This document shows positions 15,035 through 30,299 of a stretch of DNA of 64,000 nucleotides, in pieces. Each line of letters opens with the position of its first letter. Within the stretch, counting starts at the first letter, position 1. The position numbers and the translations under genes were made by a program. The notes under the pieces were generated by a model. It was given only the letters and a program-made list of their open reading frames with translations. It made no database searches and was not told the origin of the DNA. Location: contig JBBPEB010000027.1 of NCBI GenBank assembly GCA_039096225.1, forward strand, positions 62,001 through 126,000. Reading direction: 5' to 3'. The stretch is from Blastocystis sp. Blastoise. Lineage: Eukaryota > Protista > Bigyra: Opalinata.

Positions 15035-15150
15035 CACTGGTAGGCATTTTCACGGATATCAAAAAAGCGACAAATGAGAAAAAGCAGTCAAAATTTTTTA
15101 AGACTTTTTCAGCCAGTTATACTTATAGACACTATATTATTATTACAATA

Positions 15151-15323
15151 TAATTGGATGATTTAAAGATTCTATCCACTAGAATTGCATAAATTATCCA
15201 ATAATTTTGCAAGAAAAATCTAGCAATTTCTTGACAGTATCTTAATAGATTATAATTGGATTATTTTAATATTTTATCCACTAAATTTTATTAACTGTCC
15301 AATACATTTGCTTAAAAAAATAG
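15151..15323. repeat. Left subterminal imperfect direct repeat (~102-bp period)
   Basis: taattggat...tatccacta...tccaata..tttgc...aaaaat..ag present at 15151 and 15253. Confidence 0.65.
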
Positions 15324-15509
15324 ATATTTATTCATATAAGAAGGTTTATAAACTTTTTTTATTTCAATTTTAATACTAGAAATGTATTTACATGATTTTT
15401 ATATTATTATTTTAAATTTAAACGAAACAATTAGTTAATATAGATATGAATATAATTAATTGATATTATAACAAAAAAAAAATGAAAATATAAAAGAATG
15501 TAATATATA

Positions 15510-15945
15510 TATTATTTGTTTTTGTAATAGTAGTACCAATAACCTATAGAAAATAAAATATAGATAATAATAATATTTTAAAAGAATACATAAGAGTTTT
15601 GACAAGTGATTAATTAACGAAATATGAAAGTAAAGATTGCCATTGATGATTTATCTATAAAATATAAAATATAATATATCAAATATAAATATACATAAAA
15701 TAGCTTTATTTTGAGGTGTTGTTCATTTGTAATTTGACAATATTTGATCTATATAAATATATATATAAATTATATAAAAATGTAATATATACTATTGTTG
15801 AAAAAGATCTCTAGTATTCCTATATATAATCAGTAATAGTATATAAGGAAAGTAATATAAAGACAATAGTATGAAGATTAGAAACAATATAAATTAACAT
15901 ACTGGATGCAGAAACAATTGGCAAACGACCAAAGGTTTATTACAT

Positions 15946-16039
<94 letters not shown>

Positions 16040-17071
16040 TACACAGCTAAATATACTATATAACAAAAAAAAAATAAAATAAAAAATGTATTAGATCCAA
16101 AAAGAAAAATATTACTAATAAAACTTTCAGCAAAAAAATTCTAAAAAACAAGAAACAATAATATATAATAAACCAATAAAATAAATATACTGATGACGCT
16201 GATAGTGTTCTATGACTCTGTCATAGCTGATTTGAAGATTATCAATAATTCTCTTATTATTTTTGTATGAACGATTGGTTGTACTAAAAAGAGAAGAATC
16301 CCTTTTCCATTCAGAATTCTAAAAGAATCATAAATATTGACAATATAAGCATATAATATATATATACTAAAAATTCTTTTATAAGACGTATTTTATCAGT
16401 TATTTTATATCCATCTTTATCAACAACAACAAAACCAAAAGAACTAGCGAAGTTACCTTTTTGTCTTTTATCAAAGAAAGCTTTTTTTATACATCGTATG
16501 ATGTTGTAGTCATTTATAGACTTAACTTTCTTATGGAAAGACATGTAGTCTTTTATGACTAAAAGAATAAGATTATATAATGAATTTTTTTCATCAACAA
16601 CCATATTACTATTCTCTTCTTTCAAAATGTATTTAGCTTTTATTAATTCTGAATCTTTTAAAATATATGGAATTAGTCGTAAACACTTCTATAAAGATTA
16701 TTTAATGTAAAAAATATAAAATGAGACATTAATTAGAGAGAAGGTTATACTTTTATTTGTTTTGTTGTATCTTTTATTTGTGGTACTTTGATATGTCTCA
16801 AAAGAGCTTCTTTTCTCAGAAAAGTCTCTATATCGTATGTAAGATATTTACATTCTTTTTTTCCTAAAATGATTATAAATATCATATAGAATATACCGGA
16901 TGTGTCAGGAGAGATGAGAGATCTATAAAATTCATGAAAAGATCCCAACATTTCAATTTTGAATTGTTTTAGTTTTTTCATTTCCTTTTCAGTCAACTTA
17001 GACCTATAATTAGGGAGATAAAGATCATAAAAATGAATAAAAAATGCTTTTTGGTCATGTTTTGTTAACAT
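15510..17071 (-). CDS. Element-borne multi-exon hypothetical protein, divergent from the transposase
   Basis: ORFs 16745-17071 and 16311-16625 join through GT-AG introns ([11 protein letters not shown]...TSG|KKECKY...QIK|[12 protein letters not shown]...KEFL|NSEWKRDSS...), followed by several small exons. No recognisable domain; 3' end approximate. Confidence 0.6.
15948..16036. repeat. (TA)~44 intronic microsatellite
   Basis: Pure TA run adjacent to a splice acceptor. Confidence 0.95.
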
Positions 17072-17779
17072 ATTAAAACGAAAGAATTTTTATAAGAATT
17101 TCATATTAGGGTTTATTATTGTTTTTAAAAGTCTCAAAAAAAAAAGTGAAATTATTTATTATATTAAACAATATAAGGTCTCGTCATATTATGTTTTTAA
17201 AACAATGTTCTATCTTTTTATGTAGTTAGTTGTTGCATGATCTGTAAAATAATTTATAATTGCAATTTGTTTGCTAATACTTCATAAATAAACAATAAAT
17301 ATAATGGTTAAATCGTTTATTATCACAATATAAAAAGATATAGAAAAAAAAATTAAACAAAATTTGTTTAGAATGATATTTTATTCTTTAAACAATAGCA
17401 TTCTAAAAGCTGAAATAAATAAAGAATTTTGATATATATTAGATATCACACTTCGAATCAAAAAGTATATATAGTAGAAATTATTAAATTAAGAAGGACT
17501 AAAAGATTTATTGAATTAATTATATTTAAAAGCATTTGAAACAAATTCTCTTTTGGTATACACAATGTTTTACTTTTATTAGACGTATGTATAATATAAT
17601 GAGTAATTCGATCATATATTTTTATAATATTGATACAATTAACAATTTGATCTACATTCAACAAACCTATTATGCTAAATAAAACCTAAATAAAATGAAA
17701 TTTGAGATAATTAATTCAAATTATTAATATAAAATTTTGAATTTTTCTAAACATTATTTTTCTTTGTTCTATTCCTAAA

Positions 17780-20700
17780 ATGACTGCACGACTTTTTAAT
17801 ACTCCTGGTTTAAAACCCAAAAGGAATCGTAATGATTCTACTACTTATATACATATGTATACATAGGTATCTCAATTGATGATGAACTCCCTACTATGAC
17901 AAATGATTATGAGGATACATTACAATATTGTGAAGACTCATTTCAAGGTGATAACACTAGTTCTCAAGAAGAAGTATCAATAATGGATGCATTTTTAGAT
18001 AATGTAGTGAATTGCGTATATATATATTATTTAAATATGTTTTATAATGGATATAATCATTAATCCTATTTATAATAATGCATATATATTATTGTAGAAT
18101 AAAATATTCAAAGAAGACGAAAATAAAACATCAACACTTGATGATTTTATATATATTTGTTGGTGTGAACTTAGGATAAGTAAAGAACACATAAAACAAC
18201 TTTACGAGTTAGCAAATAATATAATCAAATTAGTAGCACCACAACATGAATTGCTATATATTCCGAAGAGTGGCCAAGACATAGTTCGAAAGTATTGTTC
18301 TTCCAATAATGAGATACCAATTCACAAAAACCTATATATTTGCAGAAACTGTACTAAGTTACTAGGATTTAATGGAGGAAGAAATCTATTAGAGCAGGAA
18401 AAGATACAATGTAGTAATGAAGAATGTGGACCAAATACAGGTATATATATATACATATAGTCATTATATATATACTATCTTTATATATGTTTTTTGTATA
18501 TTAATATTAGTATATAATACCATTATAGTATTCTTATTATAATTTTTTGATATATTGTTCGATATACAATTCAATTATCATTAGATATATCATTATTATA
18601 TATATTATTTCAATAATTATTATTGTTAGTATATTATAGTAATATTATTTGAAACATTCCTTTCTATTATTCTTAATCTAATATTTCAATATATTGTTTG
18701 CTATATAGGATTAGCGTATTTCTTTATATTTATATAATATTCCAATTCATTATTTTATTATATTATTCAATTTATTATTTTTAATATATTTATCCTTAAT
18801 CCATATTATTTTTAGTATATATATATTATTATTGAATATATAAATTTGATATACTTCTTCATATATACTATTTTATTAGAATAGAATATAATTCTTATTA
18901 TAGACAATAATATACACTATTTTTAAATATTAATAATTTGAATATTAGTATATGTAGAGTCTATATCATTCATTCTTATTATATTATATATATCTCAATT
19001 TCATTCTCAATATTTCCATTATTATTATTATTGTTTATACATAATATACATTATATTCAATATAACTATTCAAATATATAGGAATTAAAACATCAATTAT
19101 TCCTCTTATACCACGAATTCGTAAATTCCTATCTTCTAAGAAGTTTATAAATGAAATATCATACTATTCTAAAGAACAAATAATTCAATATCTTTCTATG
19201 CCTGTAGAATCTTTGCCAAGCAAGTTACCAGCCTATATGTCAGGTAAGAATTATCGACAGTATATGAGTAAGGTCATAAATAATGGGGATATATTTTTGA
19301 CATTTGATATGACATGTGATGGAATAAGTGTTTTTACAAATCCATTATCACAGATTAATCAATCTTCTTTTCCTATTCTTCTCAAGTTATTGAATTATAA
19401 TTATAATAGAATATCAGATAATCGTTCTTTCTGGGTTTATTCAGTAACAAAGGAATCATATTCTAATACCATTCTAACTTTATTAATAAAAGAATTTTCT
19501 ATACTATCATCTGGAATAGAAATGGATATATATATAGATAATAGGATTATAAAGAAAAAAGTGGTTGGAGTATTACTAAATGTTTTTGGTGATTGTGCAG
19601 CAGTTTCTACTATTGGTGGTTTCTCTGGATCTTCATCTTCATTCCCATGCAGATATTGTGAGCTTAATTGGAATCGAAGTACATCAGAATTCCACCAAGG
19701 AATAAAATGTACATATCAAAGTATTGAAAATTATATTACTGTTGATACTAATAATAAAAGTATTAAGAGAATCTTGTATCCTTCATGTTCTCTAAATTCG
19801 TCTCAAGATAATAATACCTATAATACTAATCAACCCAATGACAGTAATAATAGTAGTATCCAAATTCTTACAAAATCAATTCCTTCTAGTTATATATATA
19901 ATGATGCTTTGACTAAAATATCTTATTTACAAAGAACAAATTCTTCTATATTGCTTAATAGATACAGTAATGGAGAGAGTGGATCTACTAATGGAATAAA
20001 ACAAGTTCCTAGTGTTTTTGAATCATTAACCTATTTCGATTCAGCTACAAGTTTTATTCTTGACCCTATGCATTTGTTTAATAATGTTTGTACTCTTCTT
20101 CTATGTCTTCTGTTTCATTATAATGCAAAAGATAATTACTCAAAGATATCAAAAGAAGGAATAGATCCTAGTGAATCATTAATTGAAAAACTATGTTTTG
20201 ATAAAGAAAATATGTCTATTATTACTACTAGAGTATCTGCAGTAAATACATTATATAATAACCATGAATATGAGTTTAGATATATCATGAATGAAAAGAA
20301 GTTCTGGAGGATGTCTTCACATTCCAGAATATTCTTTACTTCCTGTATCTTACCTCTTATTACTGCAGATTTCTATTACACAGATTCTCCTCTTGTTATA
20401 CTAATAGATCCATTAGCAACAATCATTCGTCAGATATATTGTTTTAAAGGTAATTCTTCTCCTCAGAATCTGGAGGTATTTAAAAATCAATGTAATATAA
20501 TATGTTTCCTTTTCGAGTTATTACTCCCAAAGGAGTTGATAAATACTCAGATTCATTATCTGAAGCATCTTCCAGAGACTATTATTAACGCTGGATCAAT
20601 TATATATGCTTCCACATACGAATCAGAACGATTTTACTCTTATCTAAAAAGAATAACTTTTGGAAGAAAGCAATATAATGAATCCTGTATGAGATGCATT

Positions 20701-21625
20701 ATTGAAAGAGAAATAGCAGATATACATATTAATAATAAAAATATTGATAGTAGTAATTCTAATCTAAGTTTAGAAGGAAATAAAGAAACATATGATGAAG
20801 TTGGGATTGAATTAAATGAGGATGAATCATTTCAGAATGAGTTAACTGAATGTTTCAAAGAAGTTCATACAAACAATGAACGTATTAAACTCATAAAAGG
20901 TATTAGAGGAATTGATTCTATTAATTTATCTCAATCAGATATAAAAGAAATAATAAAGCTTCTTCTGTTATCAAATGACAATCATATTAAAGAAGTATTA
21001 TGGAAAGATATAAATTCTAGTAAAATAGCAAATATAAATAGTAGTATTAATGATCCTGATATATATCGAGTATTAGTTAATAATCTAAAAAATGTAGTAA
21101 TAGCATTCTATTCTGAGATAATGATAAATGATTCTATAATATTTAATTCTTCTGATATAGATGAAGGAATAGAAACAATTGATAATTCTTATATAATGTA
21201 TTTAACAAATGATAATGAGAAGAAAGATATAGTACACCTAATTAAGGCATTATATTATATCCAAATAGGATCATCTATTCTGATAAAGAAACATGAATAT
21301 CCTGAGTGTCATATTTCTTCAACAGGTTTGTATTATATTGTAGAAGATTCAAATAGAATTATACCAAAGGACAATGAGTATTCATCTTTTATACCAGTAA
21401 CATGTATTGAACCAGATAATCTTATTATTGTAGACGTTCATGATGATATTCATAAGAATATTGATGATTCATATGAAGAAAAACAAGTATATTCATTTAA
21501 TCTGTTTTTGTATCAGTTTATAATTATATATATAGGCCAAGAAGGTAAAACAGAAGAATAAAAATGTAGTTAGTTCTGAAATCGTTGTTACAAATACAGT
21601 GTTTATGACACGCCATATTACCTAG
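17780..21625 (+). CDS. CACTA/EnSpm Tnp2-family DDE transposase (about 5 exons)
   Basis: Motifs in the expected order: CRNC...CSNEEC, PLIPRI, TCDG, GDCAA...GGFSG...PCRYC, LDPMH, HYLKHL...STYESERF. The spliced frame appears open from ATG 17780 to TAG 21625. Confidence 0.9.
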
Positions 21626-22199
21626 ATATATCAATTTTATAAATAAATATAATCTTCTATATATGAATATTATTAATTTTGTTTTTAATTTTATATTATA
21701 TTGTGTTTGAATAATATATATTATTTTGATATTAATAAGTATATAAACATTAACGTTTTGTTAAAAGATATTTAATACAAAACTTAAAGTATGTAGATAA
21801 CATCTTTTATTATATTAGATGATTGTATCATAGATCTATTTCTATTAATTACTTCATTTTAAACATAATATAAACATTAAGAAATATTTCTTAATTTATA
21901 AGAAATCTAAATAATATGAAGTATTCCATTACCAGAAAAAAATAAGATATCCGACAAAGATATACAAAATATGAAATGTATATAGAATGTGTTCCAAAAG
22001 TAGAAAGAAAGGAAAAAGTTAGTAGAGTATATTTAATGACATATAAAGCTAGTAATACATTTGAGAATAATAATTTAAAATTAGGTATATTGAATAAAAT
22101 AGTTATCATAATAAAGCTATATTGAGTACTAAATATATGCTAGTAAAGTTAAATTAAAGATAGATATGTATCAATATTTTCTGTTTAAGGATATACCGA

Positions 22200-25100
22200 A
22201 ATGTTTACTACAGGATAATAATCTATATTATAATCATGAAGATAAGAAGAATGATAACGAAGAGGATATTATGTGTCATCAATAAAATAATCATAAATAG
22301 CGGTTTTCTTGGAAATGATTTCACATTGAGAATGATATATTTAAAGATCTCTCAATGGTTCTCATTATAATTTCGTTTATCATATGTATATTGACGATTA
22401 TTATGATATTATTCAATATATCGTGTATTATTAGATTTATATTGTTATATAGAATCAGAAGAAGGTCTTATTCTTGTATCTTGTTGTGGTGAGTAATAGC
22501 CACTGTGATGGATGTATTCTTGTTGATAATGTATTCTATGCATAGGAGAAGGAATAGAAGCTCTATAATTTATTTTTGTAAGTTTTACTGAAGGAGGAGG
22601 AATAGAAGGAGTTTTAGATTAACTTGAAGAAGTCATAGGAGTAAAAGTAATTAATAGTATAGAAAGAAGATGATTATTATCTTCTCTCAAATTTGATTTC
22701 AATGAGGATTGAAGACAATAATTTTTTTCTTTTCGATTCATTTTTAGTTTGTAGATATAGTTTTAGAATAATAATAAGTATCTATTTGTATTTCAGTATT
22801 AAGAGCTGTATAAATAATATTATAATAGGAGAATTATTTGAAGTATATCCAAAGATATCTGAACATCAATTTATTTTGATTCTTTTTGTTTTTATATGTT
22901 TCTTTTTCATTTATGTTAAAACTTTTTATGAATAGAAGATTAATATTATTCGTTGCAATATTTAGATCTGTAGTAATTGCATGATTACTAGTATTATTAT
23001 TATTATCATTGTTATCATAGTTAATTTTACACCAGCATCACTGAATACATTTGGAAGAAAAATAAATAAAGTTTTCCTAATAGCTATATCTATACTAATA
23101 TATACATCTGTTCTTTATCACAAATATTTATAGAAGTATCATTAATATATATAGTATATTATCAGATTATTTAGAAAATTTATTATTATAAGAAATATCT
23201 TATTAATTAGTGATTTCAGCGGATTTATCTGTATCATAATACTAGTTTATGTTTTTTAGATTTATGTTATTTATCATTTTTATCTTCTTTTTCTACGGTT
23301 ATAATACTCTCATTGATATTAAATATAGATGGACTATCCCATAAGCATATATAGTATTAGATATAAGATATATCAGTAGTAATAGTGATAGTAGTAACAT
23401 AAGTAGTAGCAGTGTAGAGATAAATTCATTCGTCTTATTCATCACTTGAGTTTCTTCTATACTTATATTTGTTGACTCTTTATTAATTTCATTATTATTA
23501 GTATAAATAGTATAAATAGTATTTTCTTCCACTTTTACTTCTTCCTCCTTTTTATCAGAAGCTTCTATTTCGTTATTATTATTATTATCATTTTCATCTT
23601 TATTATCGTTTATATTATCTTTATGATTTATATCATCTATATTATCTTTATTATCTTTATCATCTTCTTTTTCTTTTATATCCATTTTTTCTTCTTGACT
23701 AACATTATCTTTTTCTAATAAGTTATTACCTATATTTATATTATTATTATTACCTATATTTATATTATTATTATCTATATTTATATTATTATTATTATAA
23801 AAAGAAAAAGATAAAAAAGGTGTAGATAAATCATTATAAGAAAATTGTTTTGTACATATAGATGGATCTGGCAACATAGTTATATTAGGATTTGTTAATG
23901 ATTCTATTAATTTATGTTTTAAATCTTCTAAATCATTTTGATTACCAATATGTTGTTTTTGAAGATAATGTAAATGAACTAATGGTGTAGATATTAATAA
24001 TAAATGAAATTTTGAAAATGGTTCTTTTGGATCAAAATAAATAGGAAATATATTATAAATAGCCCAAAGAAAAGAAGAAGCAGATATAGTATCACTATAT
24101 AAAGAAATAAGATCATAATTATAATAATCTGAAAGAGAAGTAATTAAATCAGAATCAACCAGAGGATAAGGAGTATTAATATAAGATTTTACATCAATAT
24201 GAGGTAAATTATTACATATTTCTGGTATATTCATTATAGTAGAAGGAGAAGGTCCTGAAGTAAAATGAATTGAACTATATGCTAATTTAGATGCTATATA
24301 ACGTTGAGCTCTAAAATATAATTGTTGAGCTAAGTATTTATTTTTAAACGTAAATATTCTTTCTTGTTTTTTTTCATCAATTATAGATTGAGGTACAGAT
24401 AATGAAGTTATATATAATAGTATAGAATTTGCCTATAGAATAATATATTATTATTATATTTATTATATTTATTATATTTATTATATTTATTATATTTATT
24501 ATATTTATTATATAAAATAATAATAAAATATAATTATAAATAGAATAATATTATAAAATAATTATTTAAAACAATAAATAATAATATTAATATTATATAT
24601 ATATATACCTTTAAAATAATTTGAGCCATTTCATAAACACGACTATTTAATAAATTTTTAATAAATTCATCTTTTGATTTAAAATTATTTTCTTTTTCTA
24701 ATACCATACTTCTATATCCTTGTATACTTTTAATACATGTTCTTAATGTACTATCCATATCTTTTGTATCATTATCAGGTATAGTAAATGACACAGGTTG
24801 TTGATATATATAAGGTGATAATGGATAAGGTGAAGTAGTAGGTGATGTATATAGAGTAGTAGATATAGGTTGAGATATAGTTGGTGAATTATGATTTGCT
24901 AATATAGAAAGATATGGAGAATTTATTGGTTGATCAAATAGATTTGTGGATATCATTGAAGCTTTTGAATTTAATGATATTCCATTCATAGTATTATTAG
25001 TATTACTATTACTATCATTCATATTATTATTAGTATTAACATTACTATTATCAATATTAGTATTATTATTATTAGCATCAGTATTATAATTACTATTATT

Positions 25101-28100
25101 ACTAATATCAGTATTACTAATAATAGTATTCATTGGATAAGAAGAAGAAAGAGATGGTGTTGATAGAATAGATGTATTAGAATAAATATTATTTGTATTC
25201 ATATTATTGTTATTTCTATTTATTATAGAATTTTGTATATAATTTGATGACAGATTTATATTATTCATTGTATTCATATTGATATCTATAGTATTATTAG
25301 TATTAATCATATTAGTATTAATATTGTTACTATTATTATTATGTAAACAATTTTTACATATATAATTTTTATTATAAAATTCTAATTTAAACATATCTTC
25401 AGAAGATAATTCAGTACATGATTTATGAACCCATCTTTCACATTTTTCACATAAATACATATTTTGATCATTTTCATTCCATTCTTTATTACATATAGGA
25501 CATATTTTAAATAATGGTTCATTTAAAGCACAATTAGTACAATAATTACGTTTAATTGAATAAGAAAACGGTAAATTTTGTTGATGACATTGATTACAAT
25601 GATAACATGTATAACAATACCATGTATCTTTAGGTAATTGTAATAATGGTGGATTTAAACATTTCATATGATATGTTTTCTTACAATAATCACAACTAAT
25701 AATATCTTGATCTTCTAATAATATATTATTATTATTAGTATTATTAGCATTATTAGTATTATTTATAGAATGATTAGAAGGTGAAGATAAAGGTGTTGAA
25801 GAAGAAGATTGTAATGATGATGATTTATAATGATTTGATATTGATTTATTCATTTCTGAAGGATATATATGCATATTATTATTATTCACATTATTATTAT
25901 TATTATTCACATTATGATTATTATCATTCATATCTTCAATATTATGGTTATTATTAATATTAGGTATAGTATTATTACTTTGTGTATGAATATTTAATCC
26001 ACAATGTTCACAAATACAACAATATTTACATCTCCAAGTTGTTCTTAATAAATCATTAATAACAATACGGGGTACTAAACAATTAGCATGATAACATTCA
26101 CCACAATCAATACAAAATAACATTTTATCTATATCACCTGTACTACCACATATTATACACATATCTCTACATAATATACTTTTATATTTATCTTGTATAC
26201 TTACTTTAGTTATATCTAATGGTTCTATGTAAGGTAATAATGTTTTAGGTGCTAATTTTCCTATTTCATCTTTTACTTTTTCTAATTGATGTTGACGTTC
26301 ACTAGCTATATGTGAATTTGTTTGTGCAGTTAAAGATGCAGATGGACCATTTATTTGTTCTAAACGTTTATTTTGGATATTTATTATTTCTTTTTCATAT
26401 ATACCAGAAGTAATATTATGACATAATTGTATAAATATTTGTTTTCCTTCTTTATAAAAATCATCAGTTGCATTCCAAATATTATCTTCAGGATTATTAT
26501 ATTTATAACTATTTAAACATATTAATTCAAAATCATTATAAAATAATTGTATTGATGCATATTCTTTTTGTTTTATCTTTTCATTCATTATATCTAAACA
26601 CATAGCATTTGATTTTGATATTACTTTATAATAATCAGGTGCAAAATTCTCTTCAACTTGTTTTGTAAATAAATGTTTTATATCAATTCTTAATAATTCT
26701 TTATGTAAATCTATCATTTTCTTTCTTCTACAACGACTACATAAATAATTATCATAAAAACTCTTTGAAGTTGATATACTATTTTCTTTTTTACTATTAC
26801 CAGTTCTTATAGATAAAGTATCATTTCCATCTTTATCTTCTATTTCTCCTTCTCCTTCTATTTCTCCTTCTATTATAGTATCTTCTTCTTCTTGCTGATG
26901 ATGATGTCTATTTTCACGTTCTTTATTCATATATCTTCTTACACATTTACTTTCACATGATTCATGTATATACATACCACATTCTTGGCATAATAACATA
27001 TCTTTTGTATTTATATATGTTTTACGACATATACTACAATAATGATTGGTATTATATAATAATAAACATTTATCACAACATATTATTTGCTTTTCATTTA
27101 TTACTATATAATTCCATATATTATGTTTTGTTATATATAAATTACATCCATTACAGACTCTACAACAAAAACAATAATATTTATGTTTCTCTTCATTATA
27201 ATTATGTTTTGAATCAGGATCACATTCTAAATGTATATATAAATTACATTTTGAACATTGTAATAATGGATTTGTTAATGTTGATATATTTGATAAACAA
27301 CATATACAATAAGTAGAATCTTGAGGTAATATTTTTATTAATTCTTGTGAATGATATTGAGTTAATGGAGAAGATGATGTTAATAAACTATATATATATA
27401 TAGTATATTGATAAATAATAAAAAAAAATTAAATCATATATATATAATGAGAACTAATTATATGAATAATAAATAAAATAGTTTTAAAAAATAAATTATA
27501 ATCAAATAATAAAAAAAATATTATTAAAAATATATATATATTATAATATATTATATAAAGTTTATAATAAATAAATATCATAATATATATACTTATAAAT
27601 AGTTTTCCATCGAATAACATCTCTATCATTTAATAAATACCAACCACTTTTTATTTCTTCTTTATAAAACTTGACATAATGTTTACCTGTATTTGCATTA
27701 AAGCACGTGACATAACCTTTTTCCCAATCTCCAAATGGATATTTATTTATATAAATATATATATAAATAGATGTATATAACCATTCTTTATTACTTCTGA
27801 TTAATTTTTCAGATATACTACTAAATGGTTCTTGACTTTTCTGAATAATTTTAGGTACTAATTCTAATTCTTCATTTATATGTTCTGTATTTTCTACAGA
27901 TAATGTATAATAAACAGATAAATGTTCACGTTTTGAAGTAAATATAGTAACATTATTTATAGGAATTTGACATAATTTATTATCAATTAAATCATATATC
28001 TGTATAATATTCTGTTTATCAATATTTGTCATACTCTCATCTTTATTATATGTTCTTATTATTTGACCAATATGCCATATTTCTTTATAAGGAGTATTAT

Positions 28101-29500
28101 TAGGAATATTCTCTATATTAGTAGTAGTAGTAGTTGTTGTTGTTGTTGCTGTCGTAATATTATTATTAATAATAATAATAATATTACTATTATTATTATT
28201 ATACTTATGATTATCTTTATGATTATCTTTATTATTATCTTTATTATTATTATTATTATTTAATTACCATTAGTATTATTGTTATTAGTTTCATTTGATA
28301 AATCCATAGAATGATATTCTTCAAATAACCGTGAATTTTTATGAGTAGATCTTTCTAAATCTAATAATGTTTTACCATCTATAGAAGATAATGGTTTATT
28401 AATATGAATAGAATTATTCTTTATAGAATTATTGATAGTAGAACTCTTTATACTATCTTCTTTAGATTAACTTATTGAAGAATAATCACTTTTAATACTT
28501 GATTTTCTTTTTAAAGATTCTTTAGAAATACTATTCCTTCTATGTTTCACATAATCATCAGAACTATCATCATCATTATTACGACGTTTATTCTTTTTTA
28601 ATTTCATATTTATACCTTTACGTTTATATTTATCTAAATCATTTCCATCTATATTATAAGTAGAATCATAATTATGACGTGAAATAGAATGATAATTTTC
28701 TTTTTTATCATTTTTATCATTATCTATTTCAAATGTTTCATCATTTTCATTTTCACTTTGATTATCACTATCATCATAATGATAGAATGAACCTCTTCCT
28801 CTTCCTCTTCCATGAGATCGTAATTTACCACGTCCACGACCACGGCCACGAATAATAGGATTAGATACTCTATCGGTATCTGTTATTATACTTGTAGTAT
28901 CATCATCATTATCATTATCTTCTTTTTCTTCTTCTTCTTCTCTTTCTTTTATTTCTTCTTCTTCTTCATCATCATCTTCTTCTTTTCTTTCTTCTCTTGT
29001 CTCTTTTTCTTTATGTTTTTCTATTTTTTCTTCTTTTTGTTCTTTTTCTTCTGGTATACTTTCTTCTTTTCTTTCTTTTTCCTCTTCTTGTATATTATTT
29101 ATATTTGAATAATCAATACTATGATTTCTATTATTCATCTAATTTATATAATTTATAATATTTTTAGAAGAATCATGAATACTATTACCTTTAACAGAAG
29201 AATGATTCTTATTATTTGATATATCTTTTGAATTATTTGTATTTTTATCTTGAGATGAAAATAAAGATGAAGAAGATGAAGAATTAGAAACATTTGATTC
29301 TTTACGATGTTTATTTGAATGTATATTATTATTATTTATAGAAATAGAATTATCTTTAAGAGAGAGATTCGATTCATCTGTTTCTTTATTATTTTTATCT
29401 TTATTCATATTATTTATAGCTGATCCATTTATATCAATTTTATTTATTTTATTAGAATTTATATGTAGATTATTTAGTCTAGAACTATCTCTTTTAGATC
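22200..29500 (-). pseudogene. Captured trithorax/KMT2C-D-like chromatin reader gene (Tudor-like, PHD, bromodomain, PHD array), disrupted, no SET domain seen
   Basis: Bromodomain (FAPDYYKVIS..MCL...FELICLNSYKYN) and a PHD array DMCIICGS...CIDCGECYH...WRCKYCCICEHCG...CDYCKKTYHMKCLNPPL...WYC...CPIC...CEKCERWVHKSC resembling KMT2C/D PHD4-6. Tudor-like WEKGYVTCFNANTGKHYVKF. In-frame stops at 29139-41 and 28467-69; frameshifts near 28260, 27240 and 23420. Confidence 0.8.
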
Positions 29501-29618
29501 TATATATAAAATATTTTTAGAAAATAAAAAAATTATTAATAATTATAGGGTAATTTATTAATTTTTTTAAGAATACCCGTAATAAATAATCAAATAATAA
29601 TAATAATAATAATAATCA

Positions 29619-29649
<31 letters not shown>

Positions 29650-30299
29650 TAATATATAATAATAATAATAATATTAATAATAATTTCTATCTATATACCG
29701 TTTAATCTTTAACAGGACTTAACTAACAATTTGATGTATGAATAGACAACAAAACCTATCATTCTATATAATATAAATTATAATTAATATAAATTGTATA
29801 CAATTTAAAATAAGCCAATATTAAAAACATATTTATATTTAGTAATTGAAAAAAAAAGTAATGAATAGAAAAACAAATAATACATTTATATACTTTTTAT
29901 AGCATGGCAAGTTGTTTCTTGAAAGCGTTGGAATAAGAACAAGGAAATAATCTAAAAGAATTAAAAACAAAATGTAAAAAAATACCTTGTTAAACAAAAG
30001 TAGCAGCAACTCTGTTGATTAAATTTTTGAGGTTGACCAAGGAGACAGTCTGATAGGAAGAGGGACTACAGAATGGAAAACCTAAAAGAATTATGAAAAT
30101 AAATATAAAATATTTAATAAATAAATACTGACACAATACATTCTTGTCTTCTAAACATACATAAACACTGTGAGAAGCTCTAATTCCTCTTAGAGACAAT
30201 AAAATAAAAATAATTATAAATTCACTAATAAATTCAAATGTTCAAGTGAAATACAAAATTTTTCATGAAAATACCTTTCTTTAATTTTTTTAATTTTTT

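Noticed and set aside
28467-29141. In-frame TAA/TAG in the PHD gene as evidence of stop-codon reassignment
   Set aside because: RFC1, the cathepsins, NDUFS6 and both transposases end normally at TAA/TAG, and the same gene also has frameshifts, so decay or sequencing error is the simpler explanation.
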